A DNA stretch of 20,000 bases, taken from the IMG/VR virus record IMGVR_UViG_3300006409_000029; one strand, given 5' to 3'. Both the position numbers and the translations under genes were made by a program. The stretch comes from an uncultured virus (IMG/VR IMGVR_UViG_3300006409_000029). Taxonomy: Duplodnaviria > Heunggongvirae > Uroviricota > Caudoviricetes. Each line of letters starts with the position of its first letter. Position 1 is the stretch's first letter. Positions 1 through 7,396 of this stretch are shown here, in pieces. The notes beneath the pieces are model-generated. The model ran no database searches. It saw only the letters and a program-made list of their open reading frames with translations, and was not told the DNA's origin.

Positions 1-1
1 C

Positions 2-853
2 TCGTCGAGCTGGAGGAGGCAGTGGCTCGATGAGTTCGAGGAGGCCAGGAGGCAGGCCCCTACCCTTATACGCCACAGCCACTTCAAGCCGAAAGACCTG
101 GTGCCCATCCCCTGGATGGTGGGGATGGCGCTTCAGAGGGAGGGGTGGTGGCTGCGGAGCGACATCATCTGGTTAAAGATTAACGCCTTACCAGAGAGCG
201 TCAAAGACCGCCCGACGCTGGCTCACGAGTATTTGCTCCTCCTCTCGAAGAGCCGAAGGTATTACTATGATAGCGTAGCCATCCGTGAGCCGGCGAAGGA
301 GGTCAGCATCGAGCGCTTGAAGCGAGGGGTGGGGGTGCACAAGTACACCGAGGGCGCCCCCGGCCAGAAGCCTCACACGATACACAGGCCGAGGAAGAAA
401 AATCCAGCCAGGCTCGTGCCCACCATGCGCAACAAGCGCACCGTCTGGTCGCTGGCCGTGCAACCTTTCAAGGGGGCCCACTTCGCAGTATTCCCAGCGT
501 CGCTCGTCCGCCCTCCCATCCTGGCCGGCACCAGCGAGAGGGGTTGCTGCCCGAAGTGCGGCTCCCCCTGGGAGCGTCTCGTGCGCAAGGCTTATAGCCA
601 ATACGAGGAGACCGTCACCATCGGCTGGAGTCCCACCTGCGATTGCGGGGAAGAGCCCGTGCCCTGTCGCGTCCTCGACCCCTTCGCCGGCACGGGCACG
701 ACCGGCCTGGTGGCCGCCAAGCTCTTTCGGGATAGCGTCCTGATTGAGCTGAGCCCCGAATATGGGCGCATGGCGGAGGAGAGGCTCCGCCGGGAACTCG
801 GCGGCCTCTTCACGGAAATCGAGATAAAAACTTTTAGAAAGGAGGAGATATGA
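2..853 (+). CDS. DNA methyltransferase, N4-cytosine/N6-adenine beta class (5' truncated by the window edge)
   Basis: Frame is open from position 2. Motifs KPKDLVPIPW..ALQ..GWWLRSDIIW, HFAVFP and C-terminal motif I VLDPFAGTGTT; CPKC..CDC insertion. Confidence 0.92.
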   Translation, partial: SSSWRRQWLDEFEEARRQAPTLIRHSHFKPKDLVPIPWMVGMALQREGWWLRSDIIWLKINALPESVKDRPTLAHEYLLLLSKSRRYYYDSVAIREPAKEVSIERLKRGVGVHKYTEGAPGQKPHTIHRPRKKNPARLVPTMRNKRTVWSLAVQPFKGAHFAVFPASLVRPPILAGTSERGCCPKCGSPWERLVRKAYSQYEETVTIGWSPTCDCGEEPVPCRVLDPFAGTGTTGLVAAKLFRDSVLIELSPEYGRMAEERLRRELGGLFTEIEIKTFRKEEI

Positions 854-1209
854 AAGATAGCAGCGAGTTAATCTACATCACAATCCTACTCCTGGTCTTC
901 GTCATCATAGTGATAATCGTGGTAGGGCCGGCATCCTCGCCCGCGCCCGATACAAGTTCCCTCATCGAGTGTCTCCAGAGCGTGGGCCTCGACATGCGCG
1001 GCTCAGGGCGCCGTGAACTCCCCTCCGGGTGGGAGTGCAACGTCATCCTCGACCGTTACCAGGTCACGCGGGATGAGGCCCTCCAAATGGCGAGGATGGC
1101 GAAGCTCTGCGAACCCCGATGCCGTTATATCATCGTTGAATCGTACTGGTATACGAATGTTCGTTTTACCTTCGATGCGGAGGACGATTTCAAAGAAATA
1201 ACGAAATAA
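850..1209 (+). CDS. Hypothetical membrane-anchored protein
   Basis: GGAGGAG RBS, ATGA overlap with the methyltransferase stop, N-terminal hydrophobic helix LIYITILLLVFVIIVIIVVG. Confidence 0.75.
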   Translation: MKDSSELIYITILLLVFVIIVIIVVGPASSPAPDTSSLIECLQSVGLDMRGSGRRELPSGWECNVILDRYQVTRDEALQMARMAKLCEPRCRYIIVESYWYTNVRFTFDAEDDFKEITK

Positions 1210-1241
1210 GAATTAGGAATTAAGAAAAGAAAGGAGGCGCT

Positions 1242-1442
1242 ATGAAAAACAGACTTCTAGAAATCGAGGCTATCTGGCGGGAGGACGCCAAGACGGGCGA
1301 GGGGGCCGTCACCGAGGTGGTCTTCCGGAGGGAGCGCTCCATCAGGCGTTACAAGCTCACCCCCTCCTCGCTGGTGCGCCTGATGAACATAGTCCCCAGG
1401 GCCGATGTCTCCCTCTGGCTCACCCATGAGGACGAGCTATGA
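1242..1442 (+). CDS. Hypothetical protein
   Basis: AAGGAGG RBS; ATGA overlap with the next gene. Confidence 0.7.
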   Translation: MKNRLLEIEAIWREDAKTGEGAVTEVVFRRERSIRRYKLTPSSLVRLMNIVPRADVSLWLTHEDEL

Positions 1443-1729
1443 CGAACGACATCCTCTCCTACGGCGACCTTCGGGGGGAGGAGGCCCTCACCGCCTTTGT
1501 AAGCGAGCGTGGCCTGGATGCTTTTCTCGCCGAGTTTCTATATCCATACGTCAGGAGGCTCTATCTCCATCTAAGCGAGGAGTTAGGGCGGGCCATCCAG
1601 CTCTGCTATCCCGACGGCGCCCCCGATGGCCTGGCCTATCTCGCCGTGCTCGACCTCTCCGAGCGTTGCAGGAGGTATGAGTCCCTCATCCAGGCCCTCG
1701 AAGACTATCTCAAGGAGGAGGCCCCATGA
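1439..1729 (+). CDS. Hypothetical protein
   Basis: Coupled start and stop (ATGA) at both ends; helical-looking sequence. Confidence 0.7.
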   Translation: MTNDILSYGDLRGEEALTAFVSERGLDAFLAEFLYPYVRRLYLHLSEELGRAIQLCYPDGAPDGLAYLAVLDLSERCRRYESLIQALEDYLKEEAP

Positions 1730-1929
1730 AGAGACTCACTTTCGCCCACTATCTCGACTTCGAGTATTACATCAAAAGGCATCACCCAGACCTCTATCTC
1801 CGGTGGCAGCTAGATGCCCCTACCTATGTTTCCCTCATCGAGTGGATATGCATAGACTCCCCCTGCATTCTGGAGAGCTGGCTCGCCAGTTGCGAGGGGC
1901 TGGAGGACAATGACCGCTTCATAGAATAA
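1726..1929 (+). CDS. Hypothetical protein
   Basis: AGGAGG RBS and ATGA overlap. Confidence 0.7.
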   Translation: MKRLTFAHYLDFEYYIKRHHPDLYLRWQLDAPTYVSLIEWICIDSPCILESWLASCEGLEDNDRFIE

Positions 1930-1947
1930 AATAGAAAGGAGGAAGCT

Positions 1948-2046
1948 ATGGAAACTCTATTCGCCATCGCCCTGGTCATTGCACCACTGGCGATGTTCTT
2001 GCTCGTCGTGACGCTGATAGTGTCCGTCCTAGAGCACACCAAATAG
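1948..2046 (+). CDS. 32-aa single transmembrane peptide (METLFAIALVIAPLAMFLLVVTLIVSVLEHTK)
   Basis: AAGGAGG RBS, fills the intergenic gap, translated by hand; not in the ORF track. Confidence 0.65.
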   Translation: METLFAIALVIAPLAMFLLVVTLIVSVLEHTK

Positions 2047-2067
2047 AATCAAAGAAAGGAGGCTGCT

Positions 2068-2391
2068 ATGCACTCTCTCACTCACCCCATTTCCCTCATC
2101 TTAGCCGTCTGTTTCGCCACGGGCCTGGCGGTATGTCTCCTGAGCCTCGCCAGCCTCCTCGACGACCTGCGTCGGGAGAGGAAGCCCATCCTGTGGGAGA
2201 CGACCCGCGCAGTCAAATGGGCGGGCCATAGCGCCTGGGAGCTGCAATTCACCAGAGGGCGCTTCACCCTCGCCCTCGCCCTCAACTTCCACTACTGGGT
2301 CATCGGCCTCGCATTGCGAGGGGGCGAAGATTCCCGCCTGGCCTTCTACCTCGGCCCACTGGGCCTCACTCTCATGCTGGATAGGAGGTGA
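2068..2391 (+). CDS. Hypothetical membrane protein
   Basis: AAGGAGG RBS, N-terminal hydrophobic helix. Confidence 0.7.
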   Translation: MHSLTHPISLILAVCFATGLAVCLLSLASLLDDLRRERKPILWETTRAVKWAGHSAWELQFTRGRFTLALALNFHYWVIGLALRGGEDSRLAFYLGPLGLTLMLDRR

Positions 2392-2395
2392 GAGA

Positions 2396-2620
2396 ATGCC
2401 CACAGTGATATTCCACGCCGAGTATGCCGACGGCATACACGTATATAACACATACACCCACTCCTACCCCCTCTGTCCAGATTGCCGCCATCCACTCGAC
2501 CTCCACGACCGCTGGAACATCTGCCACGCCGAAGGGTGCGGCTACGCCCCCTGCTCCAGGGAATTTCCAGCAGACGAGGAGACAGGTGATACAGAGACCA
2601 TAAAAGGAGATACCCCATGA
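2396..2620 (+). CDS. Small Cys/His protein, possible zinc binder
   Basis: AGGAGGTG RBS; CPDCRH..H....C....C....C pattern. Confidence 0.65.
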   Translation: MPTVIFHAEYADGIHVYNTYTHSYPLCPDCRHPLDLHDRWNICHAEGCGYAPCSREFPADEETGDTETIKGDTP

Positions 2621-2988
2621 AAGCAATGGCATGGCTCTTGAGCGCCACCAGCGCCCTCATGCTCTACCTCATGGGCAATAAAAGCAAATGGGGGCCACGC
2701 CTGGGCCTCCTCAACCAGGCCCTCTGGATTATATACGCCATCGGCCTGGAACAATACGGCCTCCTGCCAGGCATCGCCCTCTACACCATCGTCCACCTGC
2801 GTAACCTCTACCACTGGGAGGCCAGGAGGCCCCTCTCCTCTTCCCTCCCAACCCTCATCACCCACACCATCGCCAATATATTGCTAAACAAATCCCTGTG
2901 GCACGATGAATATGGCCGCCCCATCACCTGGCGCCAGGCACTCCGCCTGACCCGCCATAAGCCTATAAATAAGGAGGAAGAAGTATGA
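2617..2988 (+). CDS. Small membrane protein resembling phage PnuC-like half-transporter proteins
   Basis: About three hydrophobic segments with G.K..WG..LG...Q.LW..Y....Q.G pattern; AAGGAG RBS. Confidence 0.55.
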   Translation: MKAMAWLLSATSALMLYLMGNKSKWGPRLGLLNQALWIIYAIGLEQYGLLPGIALYTIVHLRNLYHWEARRPLSSSLPTLITHTIANILLNKSLWHDEYGRPITWRQALRLTRHKPINKEEEV

Positions 2989-3310
2989 ACACAAAAAGAG
3001 AAGTCCTCACCGACTGGACTGCCAGCAGCGTCATCGCCACCGGGCGCCTGGAATGGAAACGGGCGTGGTTCATCGGCAGCAAAGACCGCTACAACGAATA
3101 CGCCCGCTGGCCCCAAAAGGTAGACCTCGGCGATACCGCCATCATCTGCCGCCGAGGCGTCACATGGGGCCAGACGGCCACGCCCATGACCCCAAACCCG
3201 TCTACGAAGTCCCCATCACCGAAGCGCTGCTGCGCTTCCTGGAACAGTACAAAGAAGGCGTCCCCATCCACCTCCTCGCCAGGAAAGGATACGCCGCCAG
3301 GATACGATAA
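2985..3310 (+). pseudogene. Hypothetical gene apparently split by a 1-nt frameshift near 3165-3170
   Basis: The frame from ATG 2985 is protein-like to ..CRRGVTW and then degrades. The overlapping frame continues GPDGHAHDPKPVYEVPITEALLRFLEQY.. to a stop at 3310. Confidence 0.55.
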
Positions 3311-3702
3311 GGCGATAAGGCAGGCAACAAGGGCAGAGAGAGGGGATACACATGGATTGTCCTTTGGGGACACTCAGGTGGTTTTGGAGGCTTTACAGTG
3401 ATAGGGTGGAGTAAAGCATGGCGGGGGGCGATTCGACCGGGAAAAAACGGCTCCCCGGTCTTCCAAAACAGCATGGTTAGCCAGGCAAATGGCCTTTCCA
3501 GACCACCCAATCAGCTTTTTCTAGACATAAGAGTAATAGTCTGAAGTTTGGTGGGAGACCAGGGAGAAAGACATACAAACGCTAACAGCAAAAAGCGCTT
3601 AGTCCCGAATTTACAGTTTATTCCCCCCCCTCTCCCGTCCAGTCCCAAATCGCTCATATGCTGCTATTGCTCATACGATTACGATAGCACAGACCTGCAA
3701 AC

Positions 3703-3736
3703 AAAAAAGCCAGGCTCCACTTGAGCCTGGCTTTTT
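3703..3736. terminator. Bidirectional rho-independent terminator
   Basis: AAAAAA-GCCAGGCTC-cactt-GAGCCTGGC-TTTTT between convergent operons. Confidence 0.88.
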
Positions 3737-3749
3737 CCTTGACCTGCTG

Positions 3750-5171
3750 CTATCGTTTTTTCTGCATCATATCTATTTGAGCAATAATGCTCAGCGCTTG
3801 TTTTGCAATCCGGGACATAATCTCCATCCGCCGGGACTCATATTCCTGCCCATGCCCCGGATTGGTAACGTGAGACAGTTCATGGACAACCGTCTCAAGC
3901 ACCAGGAAAGCATGTTTGTTCAGCACCCGGTTCGGTTTTACTGCTATGATAATATCGGAGATACTTCCGATGTTCAAACAGATAGCATTGGCATCTTCTG
4001 TGTCCAGTAATAGTCCGGCCGTTATGTTGTAGTGCTTTATCTCCGGGTCTAGCATTTTTACCATCTGCAAAGCATAGCTAATTATCCCTAATGGTTTGCG
4101 ATACTTCTTTTTTAATCTCCTTTCATGGAATAGCCTAGATTTTATTGACCGGTTGTGGACTATCGCGTAATCTCCGATATTATCGTTTGTCCGCATATAG
4201 TGCAATATCTTAACAGTATCATCTTCTCCTATGGCTGTTTCAGTCCAATCGCGATTAAAATTGTGTGAACAGACCGTTATGTGTGTTATCTTTGCTTTTT
4301 TGTCCAACCTACCTTTCTTTATCTGTTCTAATTCATACTTATCTATCACGTCACAAACTTCTCTTTTGACGTGATACAGAAGATAATCGCGATTCTCTGA
4401 AAGTATTTTATTGCTTACCTGCTCAAGCTCAAGGTAATAGCAGTATTCGGATTGAACATGGTCTATTGCTGTGAATAGACCTTTTACGCGTATGTACAAT
4501 TCGCCGGGCCATTCGTTTTGTCTGAATTTCTTTCCCCGGTAGACATACAGCCTACCGTCACCTGCAATGCTATTTGATAGCAGTTTGAGATTCGATAGTG
4601 TTCTACCTTGTTTGACTGTCTCCCCATTCAATTTTATCTGCATTGGGATATTACTCAAGGACATTATGTGAGCAAGGTGTTTGCCTACCTGTATACTGTT
4701 GAACAGCCGTGCACTCTCCTGCTTTTCGGATTCGTCATATATAACGGTAAAACCGTTTTTTCTCCCCGGCTGTTCAATACTTACAATATCTGCTGCACCT
4801 TGCCCGGTGCAGACAAAATCCAAACTCCGAATCTCCCAATGCGCCATTGCGAATGTGAGTTCTTTTGCTGCACCAAAGCAGCCGAGGGAGCCGGGTGGTT
4901 TTTTGGAGCCGCCCAAGGCAAGATAATACTTTCTAAACTCTTCCAAACTCATACCACAGCCGTTGTCGCTGGCAATCAACTTGTGTGTGTCTGGCGTTGA
5001 AAAGTGCAATGTTGTTGCGCCAGCATCCATAGAGTTTTGTATCAATTCCCGGATTAAGGCTCTACAGACATTGTTGTACTGTTGCCTTACACGTTTTGCG
5101 AAGTGGAAAGTTGGCAATACGATACTTTCCTTGTGCACTGTGTTGTGCTCATTCGTCTTTGTGCTGTTCAT
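3750..5171 (-). CDS. GHKL (Bergerat-fold, MORC/Hsp90-like) ATPase with C-terminal HExxH zincin-like domain
   Basis: RELIQNSMDA (N box), SDNGCGM (G1), GCFGAA (G2), C-terminal VVHELSHVTNPGHG; start at ATG 5171 follows an AAAGGAG RBS. Confidence 0.85.
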   Translation of the reverse strand: MNSTKTNEHNTVHKESIVLPTFHFAKRVRQQYNNVCRALIRELIQNSMDAGATTLHFSTPDTHKLIASDNGCGMSLEEFRKYYLALGGSKKPPGSLGCFGAAKELTFAMAHWEIRSLDFVCTGQGAADIVSIEQPGRKNGFTVIYDESEKQESARLFNSIQVGKHLAHIMSLSNIPMQIKLNGETVKQGRTLSNLKLLSNSIAGDGRLYVYRGKKFRQNEWPGELYIRVKGLFTAIDHVQSEYCYYLELEQVSNKILSENRDYLLYHVKREVCDVIDKYELEQIKKGRLDKKAKITHITVCSHNFNRDWTETAIGEDDTVKILHYMRTNDNIGDYAIVHNRSIKSRLFHERRLKKKYRKPLGIISYALQMVKMLDPEIKHYNITAGLLLDTEDANAICLNIGSISDIIIAVKPNRVLNKHAFLVLETVVHELSHVTNPGHGQEYESRRMEIMSRIAKQALSIIAQIDMMQKKR

Positions 5172-5225
5172 TTTATCTTTCTCCTTTCTGGCTATATAAT
5201 GAAAAGACAGCATGATAGAAAAGTG

Positions 5226-5765
5226 TCATGTTGCACTTTTTACCATGCTGTTTATGCGCTTTTGCAGTTCGGAGATTTGTTTATTCAAGCCAATCAATTG
5301 CTGTTCCAATTGCGTCTTTTGAATTATCAAATCGCTGTGCTTCTCCATAAGTGCTTTCAAATCATTACTTTCGCTGCTATTATTCAGCATAGCTTGAGCA
5401 AACTCTTTGAGTTCCACAAGAGTATGTTCCTGTGCAAACTCAAACAAATCATAGAGTTGACTCATACTTAGCGTATGCTGTTTATGTAGTTGCATGATGT
5501 ATGCTGTTTTTGCTATGCCAATACTGTCAATCCAATCCCAGGATATGTCTAGCAAGACAGCAAAGTTGTAGATGTTCGCTAATCTGTAGAGCTGCTGACG
5601 TGACATTCCACATTGTTGAGCAAAACGCTCTACAGTGCAATATGCCCTCTCGCTCGCTATCCCTATCAGCGACCGGGCGGCTGTGGCCCGTTCGCTGATA
5701 GGTCTGTTTTTATCAGAAGCTATAGCGATAATCTCTATAGTTGATAATGTCTTATCGCTGTTCAT
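5226..5765 (-). CDS. Putative HTH DNA-binding protein with C-terminal coiled coil
   Basis: AAGGAG RBS before ATG 5765; TVERFAQQCGMSRQQLYRLANIY resembles an HTH; heptad leucines in LIIQKTQLEQQLIGLNKQISELQKRI. Confidence 0.6.
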   Translation of the reverse strand: MNSDKTLSTIEIIAIASDKNRPISERATAARSLIGIASERAYCTVERFAQQCGMSRQQLYRLANIYNFAVLLDISWDWIDSIGIAKTAYIMQLHKQHTLSMSQLYDLFEFAQEHTLVELKEFAQAMLNNSSESNDLKALMEKHSDLIIQKTQLEQQLIGLNKQISELQKRINSMVKSAT

Positions 5766-5787
5766 TCTACTCTCCTTTTCTGGCTTT

Positions 5788-5804
5788 TGTCTCATAATGT
5801 TACA
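5788..5804. promoter_or_regulatory. 17-bp palindromic operator-like site TGTCTCATAATGTTACA
   Basis: Matches the repeated consensus; lies at the presumed transcription start of the leftward promoter. Confidence 0.75.
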
Positions 5805-5809
5805 TATAT

Positions 5810-5839
5810 ATTATACCAAATTTGACCTACAAATGTCAA
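5810..5839 (-). promoter_or_regulatory. Sigma70-type promoter (leftward)
   Basis: Minus strand TTGACA-18 bp-TATAAT with extended -10 TG. Confidence 0.85.
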
Positions 5840-5993
5840 CCCTTTGCACAATATTTGTCAAAATTTGTCAGTGTTGCACAGTTCAGCGGCCCGGAGTGCG
5901 CGATGTTGCGCGATTTACGTCGAAAACCATGCGCGTTTCTGCTCATTTTTGTCCAAATAATGCAGTGAGAATTTGACATTGATTTGACGCAAA

Positions 5994-6023
5994 TTTGAGC
6001 ACAGTTTGAGCACAGTTTGAGCA
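5994..6023 (+). repeat. Tandem 11-bp repeat TTTGAGCACAG (about 2.7 copies), with degenerate GAGCA copies to ~6080
   Basis: Directly visible. Confidence 0.85.
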
Positions 6024-6099
6024 TAAGCTAAGAGCACAATACAGCATGTTTTGAGCATGATAGCAGCACCAAAAGAGCATGTTGATTGTGCCGGCCGGG

Positions 6100-6116
6100 T
6101 GTAACATGATGTTACA
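6100..6116. promoter_or_regulatory. Perfect 17-bp palindrome TGTAACATGATGTTACA (operator-like)
   Basis: 8-bp arms around a 1-nt centre; same family as the other copies. Confidence 0.75.
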
Positions 6117-6198
6117 GTGCAAACCGAACAGCGCCCGCCGGCCCGCCTGGCCTTCCCTCCTCCGCGGCCCCGGCGGCCTGGCCGCCGGACTAGACGAC

Positions 6199-6246
6199 AA
6201 ACTAGAGTGCAAACTAGAGTGCAAACTAGAGACCAAACTAGAGCAC
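6199..6246 (+). repeat. Tandem 12-bp repeat AAACTAGAGnnn (4 copies); further AAACTAGA copies at 6293, 6305 and 6381
   Basis: Directly visible. Confidence 0.9.
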
Positions 6247-6458
6247 AACTTGCGCTCTAGACTAGCGCTCAAATGAATGTCAAATCGCAGCGAAACTAGA
6301 GCGAAAACTAGAGACCGAAAACGCGCAAGAGTGCGCAAAAAACCGCGCAATATCACGCACCCCCGAAGCCTAAACGCGCAAAACTAGACAGCGAAAACTC
6401 GCCAAACGCGCAAAAGTGCGCAGCAATGACAAATTTTGTGCAAAACACAAATTGGGTC

Positions 6459-6487
6459 TTGACATTTGTCAATTTTTTTGATATAAT
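6459..6487 (+). promoter_or_regulatory. Sigma70-type promoter (rightward, early array)
   Basis: TTGACA-17 bp-TATAAT with TG extension; the -35 lies in the palindrome TTGACA-TT-TGTCAA. Confidence 0.88.
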
Positions 6488-6515
6488 GGTATAAAATCAT
6501 ATAAGGAGGGGAAAG

Positions 6516-6644
6516 GTGAACAGCAACAAAAAGAAGTCAAATTATTACCCGCTCCGCCGGCTGGAGGCCCGCCTAGCGCGGAGGGAGGCCCGCCGGCGCA
6601 ACCGCCGGGGGGATGCCCCCCGGAGGGAAAAGGAATGGAGGTGA
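6516..6644 (+). CDS. 42-aa arginine-rich peptide, possible ARM RNA-binding protein
   Basis: AAGGAGGGG RBS, GTG start, MNSNKKKSNYYPLRRLEARLARREARRRNRRGDAPRREKEWR; stop lies in the next RBS; not in the ORF track. Confidence 0.7.
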   Translation: MNSNKKKSNYYPLRRLEARLARREARRRNRRGDAPRREKEWR

Positions 6645-6648
6645 GAAT

Positions 6649-6861
6649 ATGTATCGACAATTGCCCGTATTGTGGCGGGCGGCGCTTGCGCATTCCAAAC
6701 GGTTCAACCCTCCACACCTTTCAATCATTATCGGCGCTAACTTCGTCGAATGTCTGGAATGCGGGGCCCACGCCCATGTGGAGGAATGGACAGAAGACAC
6801 GATGTTAATTACCCACAACGGCGGCAATGAACAAAAGAGAATCAGTCCGGAAGAGTTCTAA
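6649..6861 (+). CDS. Hypothetical early protein (CxxC)
   Basis: GGAGGTG RBS before ATG 6649. Confidence 0.7.
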   Translation: MYRQLPVLWRAALAHSKRFNPPHLSIIIGANFVECLECGAHAHVEEWTEDTMLITHNGGNEQKRISPEEF

Positions 6862-6871
6862 GGAGGTGAAA

Positions 6872-7081
6872 ATGGCAACGATAAAATCTATCGAAAAGAG
6901 CACAACGTGGGACTTAAACTTGAAGTGTCCCCGGCATATCGGAAACAACGTCGTCTCCGTCGTCGTATTTGACGACGGGGATGAAGATGTTTACTGCTGG
7001 TGTGGAGTGCTCCTGGCGTTTCGGCGCAATGGAGTGCTCTACACCCACCCCACCACAGACCCCCGAAAAACAGTCACATAA
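6872..7081 (+). CDS. Hypothetical early protein, possible Zn ribbon (CxxH..CxC)
   Basis: AGGAGGTG RBS before ATG 6872. Confidence 0.7.
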   Translation: MATIKSIEKSTTWDLNLKCPRHIGNNVVSVVVFDDGDEDVYCWCGVLLAFRRNGVLYTHPTTDPRKTVT

Positions 7082-7088
7082 TGCGACA
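7072..7088. promoter_or_regulatory. Operator-like site AGTCACATAATGCGACA
   Basis: Consensus match; contains the TAA stop of the upstream gene. Confidence 0.7.
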
Positions 7089-7102
7089 AAGGAGGTGGCG
7101 GC

Positions 7103-7267
7103 ATGATATATAGTCTGACCTGCCCCGCCGGCCTGGATGATGCACAGGCGGCCCTGTGGCCGGCTGTGCTGGACTACCTCTTAGACGGGCAGGACTGGGA
7201 AGAATTATCAGAAGAAGAACAAAACAGAATAATAACCGAGGCCCTGAACATGATTCAGGCAGCCTAA
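7103..7267 (+). CDS. 54-aa acidic hypothetical protein
   Basis: AGGAGGTG RBS; MIYSLTCPAGLDDAQAALWPAVLDYLLDGQDWEELSEEEQNRIITEALNMIQAA translated by hand. Confidence 0.7.
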   Translation: MIYSLTCPAGLDDAQAALWPAVLDYLLDGQDWEELSEEEQNRIITEALNMIQAA

Positions 7268-7386
7268 CGGCGGCTTGCCCGCCGCCGTCTGGGGGGAAGG
7301 CGCTTACCCCCAGGCGATGGCGGGCAAGCGCTTTTTCCGCCGTCAACCGCCACGCCCGCCTGATGGCGGCTGACTAGACAAACTAG
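7267..7386 (+). repeat. Intergenic two-hairpin element, copy A
   Basis: GCTTGCCC..GGGCAAGC long stem, TTTTT, then GTCAACCGCCA..TGGCGGCTGAC and TAGACAAACTAG. Confidence 0.85.
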
Positions 7387-7396
7387 GAGGTGGAAG

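Noticed and set aside
5788..5820. Xer dif site (CATAATGT..ATTAT resemblance)
   Set aside because: No TTATGTTAAA arm at 6-bp spacing; better explained as operator plus -10 box
6100..6116. Protelomerase telRL site
   Set aside because: The palindrome is only 17 bp with an odd centre, recurs elsewhere, and no protelomerase is visible
5635..6356. ORFs across the control region (5635-5976, 5836-6024, 5943-6356, 6079-6276)
   Set aside because: No RBS; the translations simply mirror the tandem repeats
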